The notes under the pieces are model-generated. The model worked only from the letters and a program-made list of their open reading frames with translations. It did no database searches and was not told the origin of the DNA. From a virus (taxonomy: Duplodnaviria; Caudoviricetes), in IMG/VR virus record IMGVR_UViG_2693430034_000001, positions 63,633 through 127,632 of that record: a DNA stretch of 64,000 nt; one strand, written 5' to 3'. This document shows positions 48,483 through 57,884 of this stretch, in pieces. The translations under genes and the position numbers were made by a program. Every line of letters starts with the position of its first letter. The stretch's first letter is position 1.

Positions 48483-48902
48483 ATGCAAATAGCTTTGCAA
48501 AAGGAGAAGGCCTTGGACGTACTACAAGCTGAGAGATTAGCGGACGAACTGATCACCGCGGAACTGGCCAAATCGAACCAGATGTGGGGCCGATCGAGCG
48601 AGCGGTCCGACGCTGCCAACGGAGAACTGATGCTCGCCGGCATGGCGCAGCTCGACGCGCTCTACATCCGTCACCTGGGTGACAAGCACGCATTCGAAGA
48701 GGCTCCGGAAATCTTCCCGGAGAACTGGAGCGGGTTCCGTGACTACGGCTCTGACATCGCCAACATCGTCGTCACCATCGCCTTCCTCACCCAGGAAGTG
48801 AAGCGGAAGCTGATGATCGGCGAGGACTACATCCGCCTCGAACGCGGCGCCGACCAGGTATACCGACCTGCGACGGGCCTGCCCAACACGATCGAGGCCT
48901 GA
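48483..48902 (+). CDS. hypothetical protein
   Basis: ORF in operon with GEL..A...FP..WS motif. Confidence 0.65.
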   Translation: MQIALQKEKALDVLQAERLADELITAELAKSNQMWGRSSERSDAANGELMLAGMAQLDALYIRHLGDKHAFEEAPEIFPENWSGFRDYGSDIANIVVTIAFLTQEVKRKLMIGEDYIRLERGADQVYRPATGLPNTIEA

Positions 48903-49081
48903 TCCATGTACGGGGTCTTCCTCGCCAACCACGTTCTCGATGGTCTCGGTCTGATCTATCTCACCACGATCATCTGGAAGTTCGCCCGCGGCTACGGGGT
49001 GCGCCGCTGGTTCTTTTAGTGCCCTAGCGTTTGTTTGAATGCAATCGACCCCAACGGATGGGGTCTCCAAAGGAGAAGTAA

Positions 49082-49963
49082 ATGAAGAAGCTCTTTCTGA
49101 TCGCTGCGCTCGCCATGGCCGCTATCGCGTCGGCCCCGGCTCACGCTGCAAACTTCCGGCTCTGCACCGGCAACAGCCAGCTGAACTACTTCAAGGCCGG
49201 CCAGTACCTGAAGGTTGCCTCGACCAGCGTCGCAGTTGACGTCATCGAGACCAAGGGTTCGCTGGACAACCTCGACAAGCTGAGCAACGGCCAGTGCGAC
49301 GGCGCCTTCGTCCAGTCGGACGCAATGCTCGTCTATTCGAGCCGCAACTCGAAGGCCATCTCCGGCCTGGAGCGCGCCGGCATCCTCTACCAGGAGCAGG
49401 TCCACATGGTCTGCAACCGGAAGCTCGGCATCTCCCGCATGGTCGACCTGAACAAGTCGAACACGGTCGCGGTGGGTCCGGATGGTTCCGGCGGTCGCAC
49501 CACCTGGGATGCGTTCATCCTCGCTGACAAGGCGCGCTACTCGGTCGTGGGTACCGATCCCCGTTCCGGCGTTCGCGCCTTCTCGGCGGTTGCCGAAGGC
49601 ACCCAGGTCCAGTGTGCGATGGTGGTAACCGCTCTGAACGCACCGTTGATCAAGAACGATGCGCAGAAGGAAGGCGACAACGTCGTCCTGGTCGGAACCG
49701 ATGACCGCGACATGACGCGGACGGCCAAAGATGGTCGCGGCAACGCCGTCTACACCTACGGTGAAATCCCGGCTGGCACCTACCCGCGCATCCAGCCCTC
49801 GGGCACGGTCTACGGCACCAAGGCGATCGGCACGGTTCAGGTTGACGCCATCTTCGTCGCCAGCACCGCTTTCATCGAAGCCAACGAAGCTGACTACGAC
49901 AAGCTGCTGCGCTCGTTCGCCGCCGCCAAGCCGCAGATCCAGAAGCTCGCTCAGCCCCAGTAA
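49082..49963 (+). CDS. TAXI-type TRAP solute-binding protein homolog
   Basis: Signal peptide and TG...Y, TKGSLDNL, AFVQSDA, LY.EQVH and G..GSG motifs. Confidence 0.85.
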   Translation: MKKLFLIAALAMAAIASAPAHAANFRLCTGNSQLNYFKAGQYLKVASTSVAVDVIETKGSLDNLDKLSNGQCDGAFVQSDAMLVYSSRNSKAISGLERAGILYQEQVHMVCNRKLGISRMVDLNKSNTVAVGPDGSGGRTTWDAFILADKARYSVVGTDPRSGVRAFSAVAEGTQVQCAMVVTALNAPLIKNDAQKEGDNVVLVGTDDRDMTRTAKDGRGNAVYTYGEIPAGTYPRIQPSGTVYGTKAIGTVQVDAIFVASTAFIEANEADYDKLLRSFAAAKPQIQKLAQPQ

Positions 49964-49980
49964 TCGGTCTCTCTGACCTT

Positions 49981-50012
49981 GGCGGTCGCCCTCCGGGGCG
50001 GCCGTCCTTTTT
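49981..50012 (+). terminator. rho-independent terminator
   Basis: GGCGGTCGCCC/GGGCGGCCGTC stem followed by TTTTT. Confidence 0.7.
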
Positions 50013-50039
50013 CGATTTGTCAATTTTCAGGAGGCCACC

Positions 50040-50546
50040 ATGAGCGACAAGCACAATACCGACCAGGAACTTCTCTCCTTCATTAGCGAGGCGAGACGCT
50101 TCCTCAAATTCGTGTCGAGCCCCGAGTGGGCGGCTTCCGCCGAGAACACGGATGCAGAGCATATTGCAGATCTGACGATGACGCTCGCCCTCTCCAGGGA
50201 GTCCAAGAGCCTTCCGGAAAAGACCGTGATGCACCAGGTCCGTTGCAGCGAGACCGGCCTTGTCTTGGCAATCGCCGGCAACACGCCCGCCGCCGCCGCC
50301 CGCGCCCGCTTCCTGACCGGAATGATCGCAGCAATGCCGCGTCTGTTCGAAGGCATCGAGGCATTCATGGTCCGGGACGTCTTCATGCAGGATCGCGTCA
50401 GGGAGCTACTCGAGTCCAACAACGACAAACTAAACGAGAACCGTGCTCAGCGCGCCGTGATCCGGCAGCTGCAGGCGCAGGTTGATCATCTGCTCAAGAC
50501 GATCCCGGCAGAGCCGGAGACCATCAACGTGGAGAAGGCCTCGTGA
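50040..50546 (+). CDS. hypothetical protein
   Basis: GGAGG RBS and coiled-coil C-terminus. Confidence 0.7.
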   Translation: MSDKHNTDQELLSFISEARRFLKFVSSPEWAASAENTDAEHIADLTMTLALSRESKSLPEKTVMHQVRCSETGLVLAIAGNTPAAAARARFLTGMIAAMPRLFEGIEAFMVRDVFMQDRVRELLESNNDKLNENRAQRAVIRQLQAQVDHLLKTIPAEPETINVEKAS

Positions 50547-50718
50547 TGTCCAGGACGTTCGTGAAGCACCTGTCGGCTGATGAAGTCGGTGAGGAATTGG
50601 CCGGCTGGTGGATCATCAGCGTGGACGTGATGCCGGACGGCAGCGAGCAGTCCTACGACGCGGTCGGCCCCTACGACACCAAAGAATTTGCTGAAAACCT
50701 GCTCAAGGAAAACGCACT

Positions 50719-51747
50719 GTGACCATCAAAGCCACCAAGATCACCCACAGCATCTCGCAGGACGGCATCGAGCTGAAGACCGCCCTGGCGCGCTACCCGC
50801 GCTTCATCCATGCCGAAGAGCTGACCCACCGTATCCTCAGCTCCAGCCCCGATATGATCGTCGAGATCAACGATGGCGTGATGTACGACCGGAACCTGTC
50901 ACGTAACGCTTCCAGCTCCCGGGCGATCCCGGTCAAGCGCCTGATCGAAGACATCCTGCTGGACACGGCGATGCCGATCAGCTGGGGCAAGAACCAGAAG
51001 GGCATGCAGGCCGGCGAAGAGCACGACGCCTACATCGATAACCCCTTCCATGGATTCACCACCGATCGAATGGGCAAGCTCTATAGCCGGGAGCAGATGT
51101 GGCTCCTGGCGCGAGACAATGCCATCGCTGTCGCTCGGGCCTATGATGCCGCCGGCTACCACAAGCAGATCGTCAACCGCCTGCTGGAGCCGTTCGCCCA
51201 CATCAACGTTCTGATCACGGCGACCGACTGGGACAACTTCTTCGAGCTGCGCGACCACAAGGATGCCCAGCCGGAGATCCAGGCGCTGGCGAAGGCCATC
51301 AAGGCAGCCTTCGAGGGCAGCGTTCCGGATCTGCTGCAGCCCGGAGAATGGCACCTGCCGTTCATCACCGCGAACGACCGTGTCAGCTACGAGCCCCTGC
51401 CCTACGAGGCACGAAACCTGGCGGTGATCGGGTCGCCCTACGCCGGCATGATCCAGGTCGTTCGCCCGCTCGAACAGTTGATCAAAATATCCGTCGCCCG
51501 CTGCGCCCGCACTTCGTACCTCACTCACGAAGGCAAGGTGCCGGAGGTCGAGGCGGACCTGCGTCTCTACAACGATCTGGTCGGCGGACGTCCGCTCCAC
51601 GCTTCACCGGCCGAACATCAGGCCACGCCGGACGTGCGAAACCACCTTGTCGATGGTTGGGAGCAGCCGTCCCTGCACGGAAACCTCCGCGGCTGGGTGC
51701 AATACCGGAAGCAGCTTGAGCTGCAACATTACAAGGTGGCTGCATGA
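50719..51747 (+). CDS. thyX: FAD-dependent thymidylate synthase
   Basis: ELTHR..S, SRNASSSRAIP, HKQIVNRLLEPF and HASPAEHQA motifs. Confidence 0.9.
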   Translation: MTIKATKITHSISQDGIELKTALARYPRFIHAEELTHRILSSSPDMIVEINDGVMYDRNLSRNASSSRAIPVKRLIEDILLDTAMPISWGKNQKGMQAGEEHDAYIDNPFHGFTTDRMGKLYSREQMWLLARDNAIAVARAYDAAGYHKQIVNRLLEPFAHINVLITATDWDNFFELRDHKDAQPEIQALAKAIKAAFEGSVPDLLQPGEWHLPFITANDRVSYEPLPYEARNLAVIGSPYAGMIQVVRPLEQLIKISVARCARTSYLTHEGKVPEVEADLRLYNDLVGGRPLHASPAEHQATPDVRNHLVDGWEQPSLHGNLRGWVQYRKQLELQHYKVAA

Positions 51748-52064
51748 CGAAGGTCGCCAGCGCCTTCTACTCGACGGCGGTCGAGCACAAGGAAATGCGA
51801 AGCCTCTATCACGCGAGCTTCGGTATCCCTGGCGAGCCGCCCATGTGGGTCAACGACACGGACGGCAAGCCCAAGACCTTCAGAGACCGAGACGAAGCAA
51901 TCCTAGCTGGCTTCAAGGTTTTGGTCTCGAAGCTGAACAAGGCGCGTCAGTCCCAGGACTTTCAGGTCCGCGGCGAGCGCCCTCCCCAAAAGAACACCAT
52001 CAAGAGCTGGGCAGCGCCGCCGGAGCGAGGCCCCACGGTCGACAGCGTATTTGGAAAGAAATGA
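51744..52064 (+). CDS. hypothetical protein
   Basis: ATGA-coupled ORF. Confidence 0.6.
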   Translation: MTKVASAFYSTAVEHKEMRSLYHASFGIPGEPPMWVNDTDGKPKTFRDRDEAILAGFKVLVSKLNKARQSQDFQVRGERPPQKNTIKSWAAPPERGPTVDSVFGKK

Positions 52065-52492
52065 TGGGCGAAGCAGCTCTCAAAGTCCCAGAACCGATCA
52101 ACTCCGACGTCGGCATCATCGGGCCGAATACCCCCCTCCGGTTGGAGATGGCAGTCCGCCTGGCCTACCCGGATGGTTCGATGTCAATATCGGCCCTGCG
52201 AAGATTGGTGGCCTCCGAGAAGATCACCCACGAGTTCGTAGCCGGCCGGTATTTTGTTACACTTGCTGCAATTGAGGAGTTTCGAGCATCATGCCGCGTC
52301 CCCGCAAAGCCCCCTACGTCACGCTTAAAAAATACAAAGACGGTCGAGCCCCAACCTGGATCATCCGAGACGGACAGCTTTCGCGTGGCACAGGATGCCA
52401 TGAACATGATCGCGGAGGAGCTGAAAAAGCCCTCGCCCGCTACATCACGAAAAAGCACGACCCAAAAGAGGCGCTTAACGCCGAGGACGTGA
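52061..52492 (+). CDS. xis: excisionase-like protein
   Basis: PLRL..A...YPDG.MS..ALRR...GRYFVTL.AIEE pattern, overlapping the integrase start. Confidence 0.65.
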   Translation: MMGEAALKVPEPINSDVGIIGPNTPLRLEMAVRLAYPDGSMSISALRRLVASEKITHEFVAGRYFVTLAAIEEFRASCRVPAKPPTSRLKNTKTVEPQPGSSETDSFRVAQDAMNMIAEELKKPSPATSRKSTTQKRRLTPRT

Positions 52493-53433
52493 ATGCCATC
52501 AAGATAATCGACGTGTGCGCGATGGAAATCTTGCACATCTCGAAGAGGAATATTGACCAGCAATACAAGAACCAGCTGATTTCGGCGATCCAGCGCATCG
52601 GAAACTGGTTTGCAGGCAAGAAGATTGGCGACCTCAACAGCTCACTGCAGGAGCGCTACGCTGAAGAGCGAGTCCTGCAGCCATCAGCATTTCGAGATCT
52701 GAAGTTGCTGCAAGCCGCAATCAACCGCTGCGTCAAGAAGACTAAGGGCGGGATCCAGCCAAAATTCAGCGCAACATTGCCAGATGCACCAAAGTCTCGC
52801 ATCCGATATCTGACTCGAGATGAGGCAGCGTCGATGTTGTGGGCCGCCTGGCGTGAGCGGAAAAAAACTAAGCTGCCCCACAGCAAGGGCCGACATACGC
52901 TGCGCCACATTGCTCGCTATATCCTGATCGGTCTCTACACCGGGAGCCGAAACGGCGACATCTGCAACGCCTCGCTGATCCCAGCGATCGATCGTGGCTA
53001 TGTGGACCTGGAGCGTGGCATCTTCAAGCGCAAGCCGGACAACAAGGAGGCGACCAGCAAGCAGCAGCCCACCATCCCTCTCCCACCCCGGCTCCTGACA
53101 CACATGCGGCGCTGGGCGCGTCTTGGTATCTCCAAGCACTCGGTGATCGAGTTCATGGGCAAGCGTGTTCGCCGCGTCCACGACGGCTGGGAGACTGTCG
53201 TGGATCGCGCCGGCCTAGCCACAGATGACAAGGCGAAGAAGGTCTTGCGACATACATTGAGGCACACGGCGATAACCTGGTACCTGAGCCCCGATCGGAG
53301 GACAGGTCGGAAGGTCGACATAGAAACCGTTAGCCTATATTGTGGCGTCTCGGTTGAGACGATCCGCAAGACCTATCGGCACGAGACCCCAGATACCTTC
53401 ACCGAACTCCTGGAGGTATCGAAGTCGAAGTAA
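52291..53433 (+). CDS. int: tyrosine integrase
   Basis: LYTGSR, HTLRHTAITW and a catalytic Tyr in RKTYRH. Confidence 0.92.
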   Translation: MPRPRKAPYVTLKKYKDGRAPTWIIRDGQLSRGTGCHEHDRGGAEKALARYITKKHDPKEALNAEDVNAIKIIDVCAMEILHISKRNIDQQYKNQLISAIQRIGNWFAGKKIGDLNSSLQERYAEERVLQPSAFRDLKLLQAAINRCVKKTKGGIQPKFSATLPDAPKSRIRYLTRDEAASMLWAAWRERKKTKLPHSKGRHTLRHIARYILIGLYTGSRNGDICNASLIPAIDRGYVDLERGIFKRKPDNKEATSKQQPTIPLPPRLLTHMRRWARLGISKHSVIEFMGKRVRRVHDGWETVVDRAGLATDDKAKKVLRHTLRHTAITWYLSPDRRTGRKVDIETVSLYCGVSVETIRKTYRHETPDTFTELLEVSKSK

Positions 53434-53627
53434 CTGGTACGCAATCTGGTACGGATCAAACTCCCGATTCCGCAAACAGCTGAAGCAACAAAGGAAATCA
53501 CTTAAGACGCCCTTTTCGGCGGGTTTACGACGTCAGATTTTTCTGTAGCAATATCAATGCATCTGATGTCGGCTGTTCGCATCTCGTTCCACCCTTTTCG
53601 GGACGTTTCTGGTACGAAACTGGTACG
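53434..53627 (+). other. putative attP
   Basis: Two pairs of CTGGTACG arm-like repeats (53434, 53446, 53609, 53620) flank an AT-richer core immediately downstream of int. Confidence 0.7.
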
Positions 53628-53679
53628 CGAACAAACCCGCCTTCCCCAGATTTATTGACCCTACCTCATGGAGAAGACG

Positions 53680-53952
53680 ATGACCACGCAGAGTTGGCGC
53701 ACGCCTGTCGCAGCCTTGATCCTGGTTGTGACAACCGCCGCAGCGTTCGCCGAGACCCCCTACCCGAGGCCGACCCGCGACGGCCGGGATCGCATCCAGC
53801 GGACCGGGGCCTGTCCCACCGGATACGTCGGATCTGGCGACAAGTGCGAGGCGCTCCACGCCGATACCCCGCGCGCCTACCCGAAGATCAAGGGGGCCGC
53901 CTGCCCCTCTGGCACGTTCGCCAGCGGCGATGCCTGCAAGGCGTTTCGATGA
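53680..53952 (+). CDS. small secreted Cys-repeat protein
   Basis: Signal peptide and two CPxGxxxSGDxC repeats. Confidence 0.7.
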   Translation: MTTQSWRTPVAALILVVTTAAAFAETPYPRPTRDGRDRIQRTGACPTGYVGSGDKCEALHADTPRAYPKIKGAACPSGTFASGDACKAFR

Positions 53953-54344
53953 CCGAGACGCTCGATCTGTTCGCCTACACCAAGGTGAGTGGTGGCACGT
54001 CGCTCGCCGATCTGGATTGGCACGCGAGAAGAATTGTCGTGGCGTCGTACCTCTACTATAGGCACGACCTATCGATGATGCCGGACCATGAGTTCGACAA
54101 CATCTGTCAGGTCGTCGCCGATGGATGGCGCGGGCTATCCCCGCTCCGGCAGTTCATGCTGGAGTCGCCTGGCGCAATCCGGGCGAGCGGCTTCCATGTG
54201 AAGGTGACGTGGATGGCGGAAGCTGGAGCGTTCGCCTGGATGCGAGAGAACCGGCAACGAGAGAACGTCGATCGAGGTCCGGTCAGCCAATGGAACTTCG
54301 ATAAGACACACCAGGTTCACTGGGCAGGACTCGCGGCACCATAA
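53949..54344 (+). CDS. stand-alone NAD-dependent DNA ligase domain Ia-like protein
   Basis: SYLYYRHDLSMMPDHEFD resembles the LigA YY..D.P...D.EYD motif. Confidence 0.6.
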   Translation: MTETLDLFAYTKVSGGTSLADLDWHARRIVVASYLYYRHDLSMMPDHEFDNICQVVADGWRGLSPLRQFMLESPGAIRASGFHVKVTWMAEAGAFAWMRENRQRENVDRGPVSQWNFDKTHQVHWAGLAAP

Positions 54345-54353
54345 GAAACGAGG

Positions 54354-54815
54354 ATGACAATGACGAGGCCGAAAGCGCCATGCAACGATCAGACCGCCGA
54401 ACAGCTTGAGGCTTACTACCGAAAGGTCAAGCCCGGTGATGTTGCGGTCATCCGATGCACGCAGGGGAATGTCCTACGTTACCTGCTCGATAAGGTCACG
54501 GATACAACTCCGAAGAGCGGCAGGGTCTACGTCGAGAAGGGCGACGCTTGGGCCGGCCAGGGCTTTTACATGAAGAGCGGCAAGAGCACCGACGCCCCAA
54601 CGGGACAGTCAAACTTGGTCGTTCCCACCGACGAGGTCATGGCGTGGATCAAGGATCATCCGGAGAAGCCCGGCCTCGGTCATGCGGTCATGTCATACGA
54701 GTGGGATTGGGATTTCACCCCTCCGGGACAGCGGACGGGAAAGAACCGCTCAAGCTTCACCAGCGGTCGGGCGCGGCAGGCAGTCATCGATAGGATGGTG
54801 AAAAAGAAACAATGA
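54354..54815 (+). CDS. hypothetical protein
   Basis: GAGG RBS. Confidence 0.65.
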   Translation: MTMTRPKAPCNDQTAEQLEAYYRKVKPGDVAVIRCTQGNVLRYLLDKVTDTTPKSGRVYVEKGDAWAGQGFYMKSGKSTDAPTGQSNLVVPTDEVMAWIKDHPEKPGLGHAVMSYEWDWDFTPPGQRTGKNRSSFTSGRARQAVIDRMVKKKQ

Positions 54816-55252
54816 GCGGAAAAGCTGACGTTGCGTTCGTGTCCTGCGTGAAGACGAAGGCCAATCGCCCGATGCCGGCAAAAGACTTCTACCTGTCGCC
54901 ATGGTTCCGATTGGCCCGGCGGTATGTCGAGAAGAACGCGCATCGCTGGTACATTTTGTCGGCCGCGCACGGCTGCATCCACCCGGAGGACATCATCGAT
55001 CCGTATGACGTGACCCTCAACGGGGCTAGTGCCGCGGACCGAGGCTACTGGGCGGTGGTGGTGAGAGATCAGTTCGACAAGCTTGGACCGAATCTGTCGG
55101 GCGAGCGAGCGATCATCTTTGCCGGTCTCAATTACCGGCGCGACCTGATCTCTCCGCTGCTGCGGACCTTCGACGAAGTACAGGTTCCAATGGAAGGCCT
55201 GAAGATGGGTCAGCAGCTGAGCTGGCTGACAAAACATAATGACCAGGGGTGA
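54812..55252 (+). CDS. DUF6884-like protein
   Basis: SCVKTK...A..FY.S.WF, ILSA.HG, PYD.TL and G.QL.WL motifs. Confidence 0.75.
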   Translation: MSGKADVAFVSCVKTKANRPMPAKDFYLSPWFRLARRYVEKNAHRWYILSAAHGCIHPEDIIDPYDVTLNGASAADRGYWAVVVRDQFDKLGPNLSGERAIIFAGLNYRRDLISPLLRTFDEVQVPMEGLKMGQQLSWLTKHNDQG

Positions 55253-55292
55253 GTAGCGAGGCTACCGCCTTTTTGCAAAATAGGATGATGAA

Positions 55293-55646
55293 ATGAACTT
55301 CAAGAAACTGATGATCATGGCAGCCATAACTGCTGTTCCGTCTATAGCTCTGGCGGTCGATTCGAAGACCCCCGAGCTGGACAAGGTGACCATGGCAATG
55401 AAGGAGGCTCTCTGGAAAAAGGGGCTCAGCACGTCGCCAACCAGCATTAACATAGCGGCGCAATTTTCCTTACTGAACGAACTTTGCGGTCGCACCTATA
55501 TGGAAGATGAAGTGCCGTTTCAGTTGAAGATGGCGTCGGTGGAAGCCCCAGCTCCGGTTATCCAGGCCTACTACGACGTCTTCAAGAGGAAGATGCGCGA
55601 GTCGCTGATGGCCAATCCCACCGAAGCAGCCGCATTTTGCAAATAG
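55293..55646 (+). CDS. secreted hypothetical protein
   Basis: Signal peptide ending in ALA, two Cys residues. Confidence 0.7.
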   Translation: MNFKKLMIMAAITAVPSIALAVDSKTPELDKVTMAMKEALWKKGLSTSPTSINIAAQFSLLNELCGRTYMEDEVPFQLKMASVEAPAPVIQAYYDVFKRKMRESLMANPTEAAAFCK

Positions 55647-55656
55647 GAGACGGGAT

Positions 55657-56028
55657 ATGCAGCGCAAGATGAAACTGGCAATCATGATCGTGTTGACATC
55701 GCTATCGGTAACCGACGCGCGAGCCCTGGTGCGGATTGGCCCCGCAGCTCAGGCTGAAGCGGTGACGGACGCGGCTTACAATCATTCGGTCTTCACTGAA
55801 GTTATGAACGCCGCTAACTTCTGCCCCCTCATGGTGGACATGAAAAAGTGGGACGAAAAAATGCCCGCGGGCGTCATGGCCATTGTGAAGGCCTTCAACG
55901 TCACGGAGCAAGGTGATGCCTGGTACGGAAAACGGTCCGACGAGTTTCAGGCCAACCCGGCCAAGGAGTGCGCCGAGGCTGAGAAAACCTACGGTCCGGC
56001 TGGCATGCGATTGATGAAGAGGAAGTGA
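55657..56028 (+). CDS. secreted hypothetical protein
   Basis: Signal peptide, two Cys residues. Confidence 0.7.
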   Translation: MQRKMKLAIMIVLTSLSVTDARALVRIGPAAQAEAVTDAAYNHSVFTEVMNAANFCPLMVDMKKWDEKMPAGVMAIVKAFNVTEQGDAWYGKRSDEFQANPAKECAEAEKTYGPAGMRLMKRK

Positions 56029-56234
56029 TGGCGAAGAGGAAGGCAAAGTTCAGCAGGCAGGAATACGCGGGACTGATCCGGAGCGGCTCGATCGAGGTCA
56101 CATGCGGGAACTGCGGGACAAAGATGCAGCCGGATAAGGATGATTGGGTCTCTTGCCCGAAGTGCCAAAAGGAACTGGGTGAGTGGGACAAGTTCGACTT
56201 CAAGAAGTCGGTCATCATCGGTCGGAAGCATTGA
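56025..56234 (+). CDS. small zinc-ribbon protein
   Basis: CGNC...CPKC. Confidence 0.65.
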   Translation: MMAKRKAKFSRQEYAGLIRSGSIEVTCGNCGTKMQPDKDDWVSCPKCQKELGEWDKFDFKKSVIIGRKH

Positions 56235-56881
56235 TGCCAGCGCCCCGGGTCTACAACAAACACCACGGCGATGCGCCGGCCGCCGCCGTCTACATCGGGC
56301 GCGGATCTCCGTACGGGAATCGGTTCGTCATCGGAGCTGACGGCGACCGCGACCAGGCCTGCAATCGGTTCGAGTGCGAGCAGCTTCCCGACATGGACGT
56401 GAACGGGCTGACAGGGCGAGACCTGGTTTGCTTCTGCGCGCCGCATCGCTGCCACGGCGACTCCATCCTGCTGATGGCGAACCATCGCGTCCTGGTTTTT
56501 GGTGGCCGGGATTTCAGTGACAGAAGATGGCTGTACGACGTTCTGGACGCCGCCCATGAGCGCAGGAAGATCACCTGCATCGTAGAGGGGGAGATGTCGG
56601 GAGCTGACAGACTGTCTCGAGAATGGGCTGATAGCCGCAACGTGGCGGTCGATCCCTATCCGGCTGATTGGGACAACATCGAGCGCGATGGCGCCTTGGT
56701 CAGAAGGAACAGCCGCGGCAAGCTTTACGATGCTGCCGCGGGTCCATTTCGTAACACTCAAATGCTACGCAACGGTCGTCCGGATACGGCCTTCGGATTC
56801 CCAGGCGGAAAGGGAACTAGGGATATGTCGAAACAGTGCCTTGAGTATGGTCTGACACCGACGCTTTTCGGATTGAGGTGA
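56234..56881 (+). CDS. DUF4326 + SLOG (DUF2493/YspA-like) fusion
   Basis: VYIGRGSPYGN...DLVCFCAPHRCHGD followed by VLVFGGRDF...GAD...AGPFRN...FPGGKGT. Confidence 0.8.
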   Translation: MPAPRVYNKHHGDAPAAAVYIGRGSPYGNRFVIGADGDRDQACNRFECEQLPDMDVNGLTGRDLVCFCAPHRCHGDSILLMANHRVLVFGGRDFSDRRWLYDVLDAAHERRKITCIVEGEMSGADRLSREWADSRNVAVDPYPADWDNIERDGALVRRNSRGKLYDAAAGPFRNTQMLRNGRPDTAFGFPGGKGTRDMSKQCLEYGLTPTLFGLR

Positions 56882-57509
56882 GCCATCGTGGCGAAAGCAG
56901 CCATGGGAGTGCCACCGACACCACGAGGTTGATCAGAGTGTAGGCGCACTCCTCCAAAGTCGGAAGCGAAGGTGTCATGACAGGGGCCTGGAACGAGAAA
57001 TTATACAGCACCATCACGACTAGGCTGGCTCCGATTGCCGGCCACCTCCCGAATTGTAGCGCTATCGCCGTCACCGCCAGAGTAAAAATGATAGCCGGTT
57101 CGGAGCCGGCAACGAGCTGTTGCATCCCCATCGCAACTGGGGTTGCAATGCCGACTACAGCCAAGACGGTCAGAATGATCTTGCTAAGCTTCGTCGGATC
57201 GACCTTTGACGCATTTGTATCGAACGTCGAAGCAATCCTCGCCGGCAGCGTCCTGAACGCACCAAGCTTCAAACGATCTCGCACCGGCTGATCGAGGTTG
57301 ATCAGATCTTCCGTGTTGAACCACTGTGGCAAGCTGCCGCTATCGACAGTGGCCCAGAGAGCGTCGATTGCCTTCATAACCCGAAGTAAATGCCGGGAGC
57401 CGATTTCCCCCGGCTCACCGTCAAGCGGCTTCGCGATGAACCATCCATCTTCCCGGTCGATCACGTAAGCGCGATATTCAAATGGCGTATTCATAGCCCC
57501 ACCTCCCAA
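56817..57509 (-). CDS. membrane protein with DUF4118-like C-terminus
   Basis: Four hydrophobic segments (FTLAVTAIALQFG..YNFSF..P). N-terminus is paralogous to the upstream gene. Confidence 0.7.
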   Translation of the reverse strand: MGGGAMNTPFEYRAYVIDREDGWFIAKPLDGEPGEIGSRHLLRVMKAIDALWATVDSGSLPQWFNTEDLINLDQPVRDRLKLGAFRTLPARIASTFDTNASKVDPTKLSKIILTVLAVVGIATPVAMGMQQLVAGSEPAIIFTLAVTAIALQFGRWPAIGASLVVMVLYNFSFQAPVMTPSLPTLEECAYTLINLVVSVALPWLLSPRWLTSIRKASVSDHTQGTVSTYP

Positions 57510-57518
57510 GATGTCGGC

Positions 57519-57884
57519 TCACGCCGCGGCAACGATCCGAAGGAGCGGCTTCGCTTTGTCCGGGAAAAATTTACGGACATTTGCCAAAGGGTCGACGCTG
57601 CCGTGGGCGCGCAAGGACTCCAGGTTCGGAGACAAGGAGTCGGCAAAGACATCGAGGTCGCAGTGAAGGGTGTCGCCTTCTAGGTAGGTCGCGCACCAAC
57701 CCGGCATATTGCAGGTTTCGAGAGCGTCCCAAAGGACGTCGATCGATCTCAAAACGCGCAAAAGATCCTTGGATACGAGCTGGCCGGGCTCTCCATCCGT
57801 GGATTTGGCGACGTAGAAGCCGCCATCGTTGCTTACATTATAGGCACGGTATTGGAATGCGCTTTTCATTTTTTGACTCGACAA
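57519..57884 (-). CDS. hypothetical protein (paralog of N-terminus of downstream gene)
   Basis: FQYRAY...DGEPG...LLRV...ID.LW motif. Confidence 0.7.
   Translation of the reverse strand: MSSQKMKSAFQYRAYNVSNDGGFYVAKSTDGEPGQLVSKDLLRVLRSIDVLWDALETCNMPGWCATYLEGDTLHCDLDVFADSLSPNLESLRAHGSVDPLANVRKFFPDKAKPLLRIVAAA

Noticed and set aside
53515-53545. guaA-like attachment core (CGGGTTTACGACGTC resembling R-V-Y-D-V)
   Set aside because: The match is too short and does not continue into the SKPP..IEWE terminus.
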